Shown here: positions 51,361-64,000 of the stretch, in pieces
How the letters are laid out: each line of letters starts with the position of its first letter
Numbering within the stretch: the stretch's first letter is position 1
Assembly: GCA_030324005.1 (NCBI GenBank)
Contig: JARDVH010000106.1
Span: 50,935,474 to 50,999,473 of the forward strand
Length of the DNA: 64,000 nucleotides
Direction of reading: 5' to 3'
Source of the DNA: Negaprion brevirostris
Taxonomy: Eukaryota
Position numbers and translations under genes: made by a program
The notes under the pieces: model-generated
Seen by the model: only the letters and a program-made list of their open reading frames with translations
The model's database searches: none
What the model was told of the DNA's origin: nothing

Positions 51361-52375
51361 GGGAATGACTCTCCCGTTGCGACCCACGTACTTTTTGGTG
51401 GGTCTGGTCTCGAGAATCGTGTGTTGGCCATTTCGTGGGATGTGCACGTGATCCCGACGCATACGCGTCTCCCAGAGCCAGGGAACATCACAGTCGGAAC
51501 CGCGCTGGAAACAGGTGAGAAGAGACATAAGAAATAGGAAATAGGAGCAGGAGTAGGCCATCTAGCCCTTCGAGCCTGCCCCGCCATTCAACAAGATCAT
51601 GGCTGATCTGTTGTGGCTCNNNNNNNNNNNNNNNNNNNNNNNNNNNNNNNNNNNNNNNNNNNNNNNNNNNNNNNNNNNNNNNNNNNNNNNNNNNNNNNNN
51701 NNNNNNNNNNNNNNNNNNNNNNNNNNNNNNNNNNNNNNNNNNNNNNNNNNNNNNNNNNNNNNNNNNNNNNNNNNNNNNNNNNNNNNNNNNNNNNNNNNNN
51801 NNNNNNNNNNNNNNNNNNNNNNNNNNNNNNNNNNNNNNNNNNNNNNNNNNNNNNNNNNNNNNNNNNNNNNNNNNNNNNNNNNNNNNNNNNNNNNNNNNNN
51901 NNNNNNNNNNNNNNNNNNNNNNNNNNNNNNNNNNNNNNNNNNNNNNNNNNNNNNNNNNNNNNNNNNNNNNNNNNNNNNNNNNNNNNNNNNNNNNNNNGTG
52001 GGGATGTGCCTCCCCAGGGGATCTGACCTGGGGAGGGAGGAATCTGCCAAGGTGAGCGGGGTGTGGGGATTGCCATTGCTGGGTAAGGTGGGGCTGGACA
52101 TCGGGGCTGGCCTGGGAATTGTGATCGGCCTATGGGGGGTGCTGGAACAGCAGCACTGTGGTGATCCTGGACTGGTCAGTGATTGAGGAACATGACAGAT
52201 CAGGGCCACTGCGCATGCGCAGAGTTCCAGAGCTGTCAGACTCTAATGCGAATAGGCCCTGGGGTTTTTAATGATATTCATTGTGACCTCTGCATTGCAC
52301 AGAGTGGAGAGAAAAAACAGTGGTGATCTAGGACAGTTTTCCCACCAGTTCAGCACTTTTGGGAGAATCGCCCCA
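51361..52375. mobile_element. MITE-like element with imperfect TIRs containing a HER1 tail and a gap
   Basis: Ends gggaatgactctccc / gggagaatcgcccc; GC- and CpG-rich interior; interrupts a collinear LINE. Confidence 0.6.
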
Positions 52376-52441
52376 TTGTTTCAAAGCAGGACGGTCTGTG
52401 GCTTTTAGGGGAACTTGCAGGTGACAATGTTCCAAGTGTCT

Positions 52442-52892
52442 TTTTTTGCATTCATTTGTGGGACATGGGTGTCGCTAGCTGGCCAGCATTTATTGCCCAT
52501 CCCTAGTTGCCCTTGAGAAGCAGGTGGTGAGCTGCCTTCTTGGAACACTGATACAACTGAGTGGCTTGCCAGACTATTTCAGAGGGCAGTTGAAAGTCAA
52601 CCTTATTGCTATAGTTCTGGAGTCACATGTAGGCCAGACCAGGTAAGGAAGGCAGATTTACTTATCTAAAGGACATTAGTGAACCAGATGGGTTTTCCAC
52701 AATTGGCTTTTGCCAATTATGGTCATTATTATGGTCACTTTATGGTCATCAGTAGATTCTTAATGTCAGATGTGTTTTATTAAATTCAAATTCTACCATT
52801 GCTGTAGTGGGATTCAAATCTGGGTCCCAGAATATTATCTGAGCTTCTGGATTAATAGGCTAACAATAATACCACTAGGCCATCACCTCCCT
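52442..52892 (-). mobile_element. tRNA-derived SINE sharing its 3' tail with the CR1-group LINE
   Basis: Minus-strand head gggaggtgaTGGCCTAGTGGt (A box)...agatTTGAATCCc (B box); tail gggcaactagggatgggcaataaatgctggcc. Shorter relatives at ~62700-62930 and ~31480-31645. Confidence 0.8.
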
Positions 52893-54180
52893 TAAAGCCC
52901 CAGTTGTTCTTGGTGGTAGAGATTTAGGTTACTGCAGCTGAATGCGTGTTGGTGTGTCTGTGGTGGAGGGGTTAAATTTTTAAAGGTGTTAGACAGGGTG
53001 CCAATCAAGTGGGTTGCTTTGTTCTGGATGTTTTTGAGCTTCTTGACTGTAGTTGGAACTGCACCCATACAAGCAAGTGGGGAGTATTATACCACACTCC
53101 TGATTGTTGCCTTGTAGATGTTGGATTTATTTTGGGAAGTCAGAAGGAGAATTTCTCATTTCAGAATTCACAGCTTCTAACTTGCGCTTGAAGCTATTTA
53201 TATAGCTGTTCCAGTTTAGTTTCTGGTCAATGTTAATTCCAGAATGTTGATGGTGAGAAATTCAGGGATAGTAATCCAATTGATTGTCAAAGGGAGATTA
53301 TTAGATTCTCTCTTGTTGGAGATGGTCAAAGCCTGATACTTGTGTGTTTGATTATTATTTGCTGCTTATCAGTCTGAGTCTGAATATTGTCCATATGGTC
53401 ATCAATAGCATCACTCACAATAATTTCCACGCTGAGTAATATCCTCTTAACGAAGAAACAAGCTTTTATTTTGAAGGGAACATCCCAGTTATACAACTGA
53501 TTTCTTAAAACTAGGATCCCTCATTTGCTTGTGAATACACAGGGTAGAAAAAAAGAACAAGTCCCAGTTTCACACAGTTAAATATTCATAGGCACATTTC
53601 CATATACATTGGCCAGTATCCTGCAAGTATAATAATTCTGACAATATTCTCCTCTGGTTCTTGTATTAAACGCATTTGAATTGAATAAAGGCTACCACGG
53701 CAAGAAAACTGATTTCTCTGATCCTGTCTTATCATGTGAAACAATAATGAAATGGACTGTTTTTGAAATTGACTGTTGGAACTACAACTACCATGGATAT
53801 TGATAAAATAAAATTTTTTGTAATCTTCGATTAGACCCAGAATCATTTCACAGCATAATTTATTCAAGAAGGCTTAATTTTCACTTTGGGCATGATGCCT
53901 TGAAGCTTGTGCAGTGATATGCAATACAAAGCAATAACACTGTATGGGCTTCTCAAGACAATCCAAGGAAGAATTTGCAGCTTTGCTTTTGCTTTGCTCC
54001 ATCAGTTAATGCTCTATTTGCTCAGGGCAGGCTTTGTAACTTAACACATTGCATACATTCTAAAATGCAGTGTAACCATGCATTGAAACATCAAGTTATC
54101 ACCTGGATGTTGGGTTCCAAGTGCAGATCTAAACCCTTTTTTTTAAAACAGCTATTACTATGCTGCAAACCTCACAGAAT

Positions 54181-54495
54181 AGGGGCGGAACAGTGGCACA
54201 GTGCTTGGCACTGCTGCCTCACAGCACCAGGGACCTGGGTTCAATTCTAGCCTCGGGTCACTGTCTATGTGGGATTTGCACATTCTCCCTATGTCTGTAT
54301 GGGTTTCCTCCAGGTGCTCCAGTTTCCTCCTACAATCCAAAGGCTGATTGGCCATGCTAAATTGTCCCTTACTGTCAGGGGGATTAGCAGGATAATATAT
54401 GGTGTTAAGGGGATAGAGCCTGGGTGCGATTGTTGTCGTTGTAGGCTCGATGGGTTGAATGCTCGTTCTGCATTGTAGGGATCCTATGGTTCTAG
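54181..54495 (+). mobile_element. HE1-like V-SINE, HER1-type tail
   Basis: Same head, V-domain and tail organisation as 19500-19822. Confidence 0.88.
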
Positions 54496-54559
54496 GATAC
54501 ATTTCTATTTTTAGCAAGCCTTATGTTTTCCATCAATATATATGTTGCTGAAAATAAAG

Positions 54560-55364
54560 TGTTACGTTAGTGTACCTTTAAGAGATTTTTTTCTAAATCA
54601 TGTTTTCTGTAGTTGTGAGCAGGCCTTTTTGGCTTCAATTGTTTTCTCATTATTGGCACCAGTGTCTCTGGAGGAGTCTTTTTATTGTTGCTTAAATGGA
54701 GGTTTGTTTATTTTTACTGGGATGTTTATGACTTTGCATTGTTAGAAGAAAAACTGGTTGGCAGGTCAGGTGACAGGAACTTTTTCATTTTTCTGTTTGG
54801 CTGCAGTTTGGGTTTGGTTTTCAGATGGGACATTAAGCTGGAAAGAAGTATCTCTCTCTCCCTGGTTTTAGAAATTCTGTTGGTCATCTGAAAGCAAGGT
54901 CTTACCTTTCTGGAGGATGGAATCTGCTGTTGTTGGTTTGCCGAGAGTTCCTGGCGTTTTGGGAAGCTGTTCTGATTCTATCCAGAGAACTGTAGGCTTC
55001 ATCCAAAGGAGTCAACTACAGTATCATGTGAGCATTAGTCTATGCTGTATTAAAGCTGTTTGAAGGGTCTTATGGGATTGGTTTGATTGGGTCAGCTCCT
55101 ATATTCGTTAAGGGTTATACATTATCATGGTTGTTTCGGCGTTTTCTGTAAGTGATAGAAGTTATTGCTAATATTCCTACTATGCACGTCGGCTATATTC
55201 TTAAATAAACTTTGTTTGATAAAAGCTCTCGTGGGTCATTTGAATCATACCTGAAGTGAAACCTGTCTTGCTTATCCTAGCCAAATTCAAGATGCAAAAC
55301 TTATGATCCAGGCGAGCTCTATAAAACACTTTTTATGGAGTTTTTGACCTGAACCATATAAGAG
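54560..55364 (+). mobile_element. Possible solo LTR
   Basis: About 800 bp block starting TGTTAC, T-rich, with AATAAA at ~55204 and ending ...ccatataaga; no internal coding sequence. Confidence 0.35.
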
Positions 55365-58300
55365 ATACTTTGTTGAAGCTTTTCATATTCAGTGACTGGC
55401 TGCCATTGTTCTATGTTCTCCATTGTTGGCCTCATGGCAACAGTTCACCCAGAGTCAGCTTGCCAATCAATCAGCATATCTTTCTCCTGTAATATAAATT
55501 GTTGCGATCGTTTAAATTTGGTCTTCTTGCATTTGTCCTAATGCAAGACTAAAAGCTCTTCTCAGCAACATTCAAGTAAATTGCAAGTCTTAAGCATATA
55601 TTCTAAGCTGACTCTGCAGTGCAATGACGGAACACTGCTGAGTTAGAGGTGCTGGAATCCATTTTTTCAAGTGAGTTTTTCAGACAAGACTCAAGCTCTG
55701 CAGGCAAACAATGAGATTTCTCTTTTTGTTCTCCACTGACATTCACCACAATCTGACTACTGAGCAATTTCACATAATTGCCAGATGAACTTTGCAGCAA
55801 ATATTCTAACAGTTCCAACAGAATATTTGAACATTTGAACTTAGAAGCAATGATATTTGGTGCAGCTCCTTCATCTATAACAATATATGTTTCCACAATT
55901 GACAATCTTAAAAACATCTGTCCAGCTCATCTTCAAAATAACTAACTGACATACCAGTAACTACGTTAGATGGATCAAACCTTCAAACAGTTGACTTTCA
56001 TACAACAAACAATTACTTTGAAATAGGAGAAATGACAAAAATCTCATCCTGGCACAAGCCTGCTCATCTTCCAGCTCAAATAGGAAATATACCCCAAAAA
56101 GTCATCTATCCTTTCTATTTTCAGATGCTGATGGACTGCTTTGTCTTTATGCCATTGTCCAGCTGTATTTAAAAAAGTAGAAATTTCTTGACATGGCTAC
56201 ATGAACAGACTAAGTCTTCCATTAAAATAGCACAGAGAGGAGTTTAGTGCCAGAGCGCTGAGGATCCAGAAAACAAAACAAGATCAATGGCAATTTTTCT
56301 TCTTATAAATCTTTAATACACATAAGCCATCATTGCACTATCACAATGCAAAGTGGATATTATCCAAAAACACTGTAAATTAATCTATGACTAATTAGGA
56401 TCACAAAGACCAAGTATGGATTTTAATACCAAACACCTCTGCAAGGAAGTTCTCAAGTCAATTCACAAACCTGATTATTAAGCAGATCTGATCCTTAAGA
56501 AAGAAACAATTATTAACTGTTTGATCAGTAGCATGCCCTGTTGTATCTGCCTGACAATAGCTCAAGATTAGTCACCAGTTACTAATTCACAGCTGTACTT
56601 AAATTGACAGTAATGTGTACGTCAGTACCCAGTGACCATGGTACAATTAGGCGATAGAACAAAGTACAAAGAACAACCCAGCACGGGAAACAGGCCCTTC
56701 GGCCCAACGAGCCCGCGCCGCCGCATCCTCCTACACCTACCCTGCCCTGTGTGTTTGGAGTTTGTAAGCTCCAAAGTAAGAGAGAGTTGGTAATTCATGA
56801 AAGTACAAAATCTGCTTCAACAAGGTGACTTCAACCTTGTTGCTGTAGATAATGTCTGACAGTCTGATGGTAGTATATGGCACTCGTATTTTAAATCAGC
56901 GCTGCCTGCAGAAACACATTTGGTAACATTAATCTGCTCTGAACAACAAAAATGCCACAAAGTAAAATTAAGAAGCAGAAGACTCAGCTTTCGGAAACAA
57001 CAAGCCTAACACAGGGGATCATGCAAACACTGAGGACAATAGAGTTTGCCTCCTTACCATGACTGTTAATCACTACAAAGATACTGCACCATTAATATCC
57101 AAACACAGAATTGATGAATCTTTGCTAATTCAAATTTGCCATGCTTCATAGAAAGACAAACATAACTTGATTGCAAGCTCTTGAATCTAACATGGAGCAG
57201 AATAAAATCATGGACCATTTATTTCATAATTGGTATGTGCCAATCTGGAGTCATGTATCCTAATAAATGACATGTTCCATCTGTTAAACAAGCACTGGGA
57301 AAGATTCAAGCTCCACACATGTTGCTAATGTAGCCTCTCAGATAACAGTTACCAAAAATTAAAAAATCAGACCTAATGAATAGGACCAAATTTGGAACAT
57401 ACAACACAACAACAATTAAGCACAGCTATTGTAAATTCTTATTTATAATACTCCCATTTTATTTATCTATTTTATTGATGCATCTATTTTACAGATTCTT
57501 CCAAGATATTTAGTGGACTATTGAAATTTTAACTCATAAGCATCCAGTGGACCACCTGTGTTTTTATCACACAGAGACAATAAATGCTCTGGCACAAACT
57601 GTGATTACCAATATGCTGTGCCACTGAGTGATAATATGAGGGTTTCTGCCTGAAATTCTTGACAAATCAAGTTCCTAATTTTAGTCATACTACTACATGG
57701 AGAATCCTTGAACATAGAGAAATTGGCAGGAGGTTCCCAACTAGATGAAGCCGATACAGCTCCTAGCAGCCAATTCAGAAGGATCAAAGTCTACATCGGT
57801 GAGTAACCTTTCACTATCTACAATAAGTTCCATCTTGTAAATATAGGTGGCAATGGAAGAGTCAAATAGGCTATTATTGTATTTAACAGGAATTACCAGA
57901 AAGGAGAAATTAAAACAAACTGTAGCCAAAAATTAATGCAAAATATTTCACTTGAGCAATGAATTGCAACTCATAGCGCTACAACAATAAAATAAGTTAG
58001 AAAATCAGTTTGGTAACTTTTCTAATAACACACAAAATTTTTAGAGAAATATGGGGATATGGGAGCAGAATGGAAAACAATACAGGATGAAGCACATTGG
58101 AATATAAAATCTGTCATAGATCAGAGAGGCCAAATGGCCTTCTTCTGTTTTATGGATTCTACATATCTTAGATCAGTTTCTGAAATACTGAGTTATACCT
58201 GTCCTTTCCTTTATCGCTCCAGGGCATTATTGTATTAACCTCTAATTCAAGGGAGTTGAGATAATTGGTTCTTTGATTTGGCTGGGGGAGGGGGGTGGTC

Positions 58301-60289
58301 TGGGAAAGGGCAGGTGGGGAGAATGAGAGGGAATGTGATTGTTGGTATATGTAGTGAAAAGAGAGGCCCCATCACCAATGTTTGAACTGACTATTATCCA
58401 ACTGCTACTTGAAGGAAGAACTATCACAGCACTTTGCTTTATTATCTTTCAGACATCTCTATCTATGCTAAATTCCTTTGCAAGAAATGACCTCTAATTT
58501 TCTCAAGCACTTTCATACATGGCATTTTATCAAATGCTTTTCTAAGCCCAGATAAACAATATTTATCACATTCCTCCAAGGGATTCTGGTCCTGAAATTA
58601 TGTGAAGGTCCTAATTGGATTCCACCATAACTTTGGCAGGATATTTCTCATTCTGTAATCACTCCTCAACCCCAACTCCTTTCTCCTGCCTGCCAAGCCT
58701 CCACCACATGCTGTGATCTATTCTGAATTCATCCCTGGTGGCACCTAGCTGGCACACCAATCTGGCCATCTCACATGAATTTTGAAAAGTCATGGTTGGA
58801 TATACCACTGTTTTGTCACTGAGCCCCTTCCGGATCATTAGGTGTTGTATGTTTGTATAAATCCTTTTGCATACTGCAGCTTGCCATATTCATGTGACCT
58901 CTGATGTCATTATATGTAAATAAAGATTTTGTACAGTAGCCACTTTACACACCAAATGGAACAAGGTGTCAGAAAGTGTACAGCTAGGATTGAGTAGATT
59001 TGGATAGTTGTAAGAGAGCCAGTAAAAAAAAAAAAGCCAGAATAATTAAAACTTTGGTCTGCAAACCGTGACAGGATATCACAGCTGCCCACGTCATTGT
59101 GGTTTTGAAATGTCCAGTATCTGCTCTGATTGAGATGAAGGGAGACTTCAGGAGGAATTGCCAGTCACAATGGCAAAATTATAAGATTGTTACAGAGTTG
59201 AACAAAAAATCTGAACAAATAAGCGCAGCAATCCTGTAACCAGTGATGGGGGAAGGAGTGCCACAAGCTATGTTACATTCTCGACCTTAGTGAAGAGCAG
59301 AAAAAGCCAAAATTGTGAATGCTGGAGACCTTGAGGACTCATTTTGGAACCACCGCTAATGTATTTTGTGAACTCTATGTGCTTAACACTTGGAGCTCTT
59401 GAAAAGAGGAAGAATAGTGATCAGTGTGCAACTGCACTGAGACTTCTTGTTGAGCCTTGAGAGTTTAGGCAGCTAAAGGATGATATGATTATTTGAGGAA
59501 CAAGAGATCCTGCTGTAAGAGCATGTCTGCTCAGGAGAGAAACCTAGGTATAGATTTACGCCATAGAGGCGAGAAGCTCAGGTTAGGAAATTTCCTGACT
59601 TGGCAGATGTGTCTCCTTTAAAGGGGAACCCACCCACCATATTTTCATTCTGGGCAGATGGGGCCAGGATGGAATTAGGCTTGACATCTCTAGAAGCAGT
59701 TACAGATGTGACATACTCAGAAAGACTGCCTTGGTTCCCTGGCACTACAGAGTTATATTAAAGGCTGTTGAGCATTCTAACCTTTACTCCTCACATTGCC
59801 TCATACTGTTGCCCACCTACTCTCCCTGCCAACTCCATATTCCAAGCCATCAACATGCCTGTTTGCCACCTTTATGCTTCCAGATGGAGGGCACTAAGCG
59901 CCATCATTTCAGCTGAAACAAGTCAAAATCTTGGACTCATTATGCTTTAAGCAGCAGAAGAGATTTGCTGTGTTTTGCATAAGACCAAGCCATTGACAGC
60001 TGAGCAAGTTCTGATAGACAAGTATCCTGTTAAGATCAAGCAAACTATATGAGATGCAACTCTTGAATTGCAAAAGGAAGCTGTGGTGAAATGATGGCTT
60101 AAAACCATCAAGTCCACAGCTGTTGCTGTGAGAGAGAATCAGGCATACAAACGGCATCCCAAGATGGCATCTTGTACAGTTGGCTTTGATAGATAGAGAA
60201 ACATTACTTAAAGGGGGAAGGTGGATAGAAAATGGAAAACATTGAAAGAGTGCAAGGGTGAACTGCAACAACTGTTTATTTCTGTTTGG

Positions 60290-62405
60290 TGCAAAAGGTG
60301 GCCAAACCATGGCTTACAGGGAAATTAGGGATTGAATTAAATCCAAGGAGAGGTATACAAATTGGCCAGTAAAAAACAATAGACCTGTGGATTGGGAGCA
60401 GTTTAGAATTAGGCAAAGGAGGACCAACGTTATTGACCAAGGGGAAAAATGAGTGTGAGAGTAAGATTATGGGAACCGTGAAAACTGACTTTAAAAGTTT
60501 CTATAGGTATGTGAAGAAAAAACAATTGGTGAAGACAAATGTAGGTCCCTTAGTCAGTAACAAGGGAATTTGAAATGGGGAACAAAGATGGTAATAAGCT
60601 AAGTTCTGTCTTCACAAAGGAGGACACAAATAACATATCAGAAATGTTGGGGAACACAAGGTTTAATGAGATGAGATGACAAAACAGTATTAATAGAGAA
60701 ATGGTGATGGGAAAATTGATCTGAAAAAAATTGATCTAAAAAAGATTCATCCCATTTGGTTAGGACTTGACGTTTCTGGTGTGAACTGCCAGATCCAGAC
60801 CTAATACAGAGATATTTTCCAACAGGCCCAAAGGAGTTCTTTACAAGAAGTTCAAATGCATTTGTAACCATGTGCTTTCAAGTGGTCTCAATGGGCTGGG
60901 ATAGATTGAAGACTAATGTATCTCTAGGACCTGATAATCTACATCCCAGACTACTTAAGGAAATAGCCCTAGAAATAGTGGATGCATTGGTGGTCATCTT
61001 CCAAGATTCTATAAGTTCTTGAGGATTGGAGGGTAGCTGATGTAACCCTGTCATTTAAAAAGGGAGGTTGAGAGGAACCAAGGAATTATAGACCAGTCAG
61101 CCTGATGTCAGCTGTGGGGAAAATGCTAGCACCATTATAAAAGGAGTAATAGCAGAGCATTTGAAAAACAGTGGGAGGATTAATCAGCATGGATTTATGC
61201 TTGACAGCGAATCATGCTTTGACAAATCTACTGGAATTCTACGAGGATGCAACTAGTAGTTATGAGGAGGAGCCAATGGATGTGGATTATTTGGACTTTC
61301 AGAAGGTATTCAAAAGGTCCCACAGAGATCAGCACATAAAATTAAAGTGCATGAGATTGTGGGTAGTGTATTCTTGTAAATTGTTTTGAAAAGTGGGAAT
61401 AAACGGGTCTTTTTCCCAGTGGCAGTGACTAGTGAGGTACCAAAGGGATCAGTGCTAGGATCCCAGCTATTCACATAAGAACATAAGAAATAGGAGCAGG
61501 AGTAGGCCATCTAGCCCCTCGAGCCTGCCCTGCCATTCAATAAGATCNNNNNNNNNNNNNNNNNNNNNNNNNNNNNNNNNNNNNNNNNNNNNNNNNNNNN
61601 NNNNNNNNNNNNNNNNNNNNNNNNNNNNNNNNNNNNNNNNNNNNNNNNNNNNNNNNNNNNNNNNNNNNNNNNNNNNNNNNNNNNNNNNNNNNNNNNNNNN
61701 NNNNNNNNNNNNNNNNNNNNNNNNNNNNNNNNNNNNNNNNNNNNNNNNNNNNNNNNNNNNNNNNNNNNNNNNNNNNNNNNNNNNNNNNNNNNNNNNNNNN
61801 NNNNNNNNNNNNNNNNNNNNNNNNNNNNNNNNNNNNNNNNNNNNNNNNNNNNNNNNNNNNNNNNNNNNNNNNNNNNNNNNNNNNNNNNNNNNNNNNNNNN
61901 NNNNNNNNNNNNNNNNNNNNNNNNNNNNNNNNNNNNNNNNNNNNNNNNNNNNNNNNNNNNNNNNNNNNNNNNNNNNNNNNNNNNNNNNNNNNNNNNNNNN
62001 NNNNNNNNNNNNNNNNNNNNNNNNNNNNNNNNNNNNNNNNATGAGGTGGGTTTTAATGGAAGCCCATAACATTCTCACAGGATTACACAGAGTGGATGAA
62101 GGGAGGATGGTCCTGATGGCAATGAAGTCCAGAACCAGGGGTCATAGTCTGTGGATACGGGTTTAGGACTGGGCTGAGAAATTTCTTCACCCAGAGACTG
62201 GTGGAATTCTTTACCATAGAAAGCAGTTGAAACCAAAATATGGTATTTTTTCATGGTGTTAGATATAGCTCTTGGGGCTAAAGGGATCAAAGGATATGGG
62301 GGGGAAGGGGAGGAAGTGGGAATAGGTAACTGTGTTGGATGATCAGCCATAATCATAATGAATTGTGAAACAGGCTCAAAGGCCCTCTCCTGCTTCTATT
62401 CTCTG
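60290..62405 (+). mobile_element. CR1/HER1 LINE remnant with internal insertions and a gap
   Basis: KSFYRYVKKK, GPDNLHPRLLKEIA, GNYRPVSL-like, LTNLLEFYED, DVDYLDFQK, VPKGSVLGSQLF; 3' tail near 62340-62405. Confidence 0.85.
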
Positions 62406-64000
62406 TGTTGGTCTGGCACTCATGCAATATACTCAATGACTCCTTAACTTCACCATTGATCACTAGTTTTAAATTTTGTCAAAATCTTTCTGAAATATAT
62501 AGTGAAAATTACTCTCTCTTTGTCATTATTCCAGTAATGCAGTCCAAATCACCAGCAGATTAGTTGAGCGTGACATGCCCATTTTTCTTTCCTCTGTGCA
62601 GTACACTTGTCTGTATTAAATTTCATCTGTCATTATTCTGCCCACTTACATATTTTATCCAGCTCATATTGTAATTTTTCAGCTGCCTCGTTTGAGTTAT
62701 TTTTATTCTTTTATGGGCTGTGAACACCGCTGGCGGGGCCAGCATTTATTATCCATCCCTAATTGCCCTTGAATTGAGTGTTAGGCCATTTCAGAGGGTA
62801 CCTAANNNNNNNNNNATTAGACTTGCAATTTTTACTGAAATTCAAATTTCACCATATGCCATGGTGGGATTTGATTTGAATCCAGGTCCCAAGGTCTCCA
62901 GATTACTAGTCCATTGTGTCACCACCTCTCCTGAGTCCACAAGCTTGTCCAATTTGACCAGTCTGCTTTGGGTTTCTGAGTCTGTCACTGAATAAGTAAG
63001 AAGTCCAAAAATCATCCCTAGGGCATTCCATTCAGTGCTACTCCTCACCTTGTCATAATTAGTAAAATGAATACATATTTTCCTCTCCCCTTCAAATAAT
63101 TTCCAAGATTTACCCTGAACACGGTGGGCATACGTGGAAAAGATTAGTTCATGTTGCTTTGGCACAAAGGTGAAGTGAAACACTAAACCATTCAGAAATT
63201 TGTTCAGTGCCAAGGTTGATTGACAACTTCCAGTTCATTAGTACTGTGAACCATTTTTTAAGCCTCTCAATCTAGAATTCACGGCTCCCATATTGACAAG
63301 TAGCGTGCAAGGGAATGCATGGGGAAAACTATGACGGTGACCTTGAGACAATTCATATCCCAGTGCACGAGGAACAATCTTGTCTCTCCTTGCCAACAAG
63401 GAAACCTGAGAAATAAACCAAGCATTCTACACTGCGGCCCCTATGTGCCCATCCCAGGATTCTGCTCCCTGCAGGATTTAGCTAACACAGGGTCTCTCTC
63501 CTTCCCACCTTCTCACTCGGGCCTTAGTTTAAAATTGCAGATTGATTGTTGATGGTAACAAGGAATCATATTCTTTGTCCTGCTCATCTGCTCACAAGAA
63601 AAGTATAGGAACACAGCAGCAGGAAGCAGGATCAGAATGTAGAAGTGAGTCCTGTTATTTAAATGCACCTTACCCCTTAGCCTGGTTTCTGCCTGGTGGG
63701 GGCAATTGAAATCAGGCCAGTGGGTTACAAATTGAGTTGAATCTTAGAAAGGCAGTTAGTCCTTCCAGCAAGACACTGCCTATTTAGATGTCTGGAGGAC
63801 AGAATTAACATGGTAAAATCAACATTCTAACTGGGTACACCATTAGTATTGATTCCACTGTGATTTGATTTACAATCAGGCCATAAGTCTGAGGCACAAT
63901 TTATTCTTCAAATAGACTTTCCTATTACAATGCTCAGATAGTGTTAAGAGAGGTCTCAAAGGAGAAAATAAATGAAAACACCTGCTCTTCAGCACTGGCT

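Larger units (their letters stand above)
51175..53395 (-). mobile_element. Same CR1-group LINE in minus orientation, split by nested MITE-like and SINE insertions
   Basis: Segments 51175-51360, 52376-52440 and 52895-53395 are collinear with the reverse complement of 13140-13845. Confidence 0.7.

Noticed and set aside
51562-52209. Long ORFs (137-215 aa), also at 28192-28620 and 61467-62078
   Set aside because: Produced by translating through N-gaps.
46200-64000. Dystrophin exon 55 here, and exon 61 in 1-8970
   Set aside because: No matching peptides found by eye; they probably lie outside the window, or possibly in a gap.

Overview
Eukaryotic (vertebrate) genomic DNA, not prokaryotic. The SINE/LINE repertoire points to a cartilaginous fish, probably a shark, in a gapped draft assembly. 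The whole window lies inside a dystrophin (DMD) gene on the minus strand. Exons equivalent to human exons 56 (173 bp), 57 (157 bp), 59 (269 bp) and 60 (147 bp) are complete, with canonical GT-AG sites and compatible phases. Exon 58 survives only as its acceptor plus 11 nt at the edge of an N-gap. 189 bp upstream of exon 56 is an alternative first exon encoding MLQRKTYYVK, the counterpart of the mammalian Dp116 N-terminus (MLHRKTYHVK). It has a 46-codon in-frame upstream extension, uORFs and a TATA-like box. The introns are full of decayed transposable elements: a Gypsy pol remnant, CR1/HER1, RTE, L2, Rex1/Babar and Tx1 LINE pieces, several tRNA-SINE families, foldback/MITE-like elements, and Penelope-like termini with hammerhead-ribozyme motifs. 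Most supplied ORFs are spurious. TE family names and boundaries were assigned by eye and are approximate. I see no clear new multi-gene system; the best leads are the extended Dp116 first exon and the intronic hammerhead motifs.
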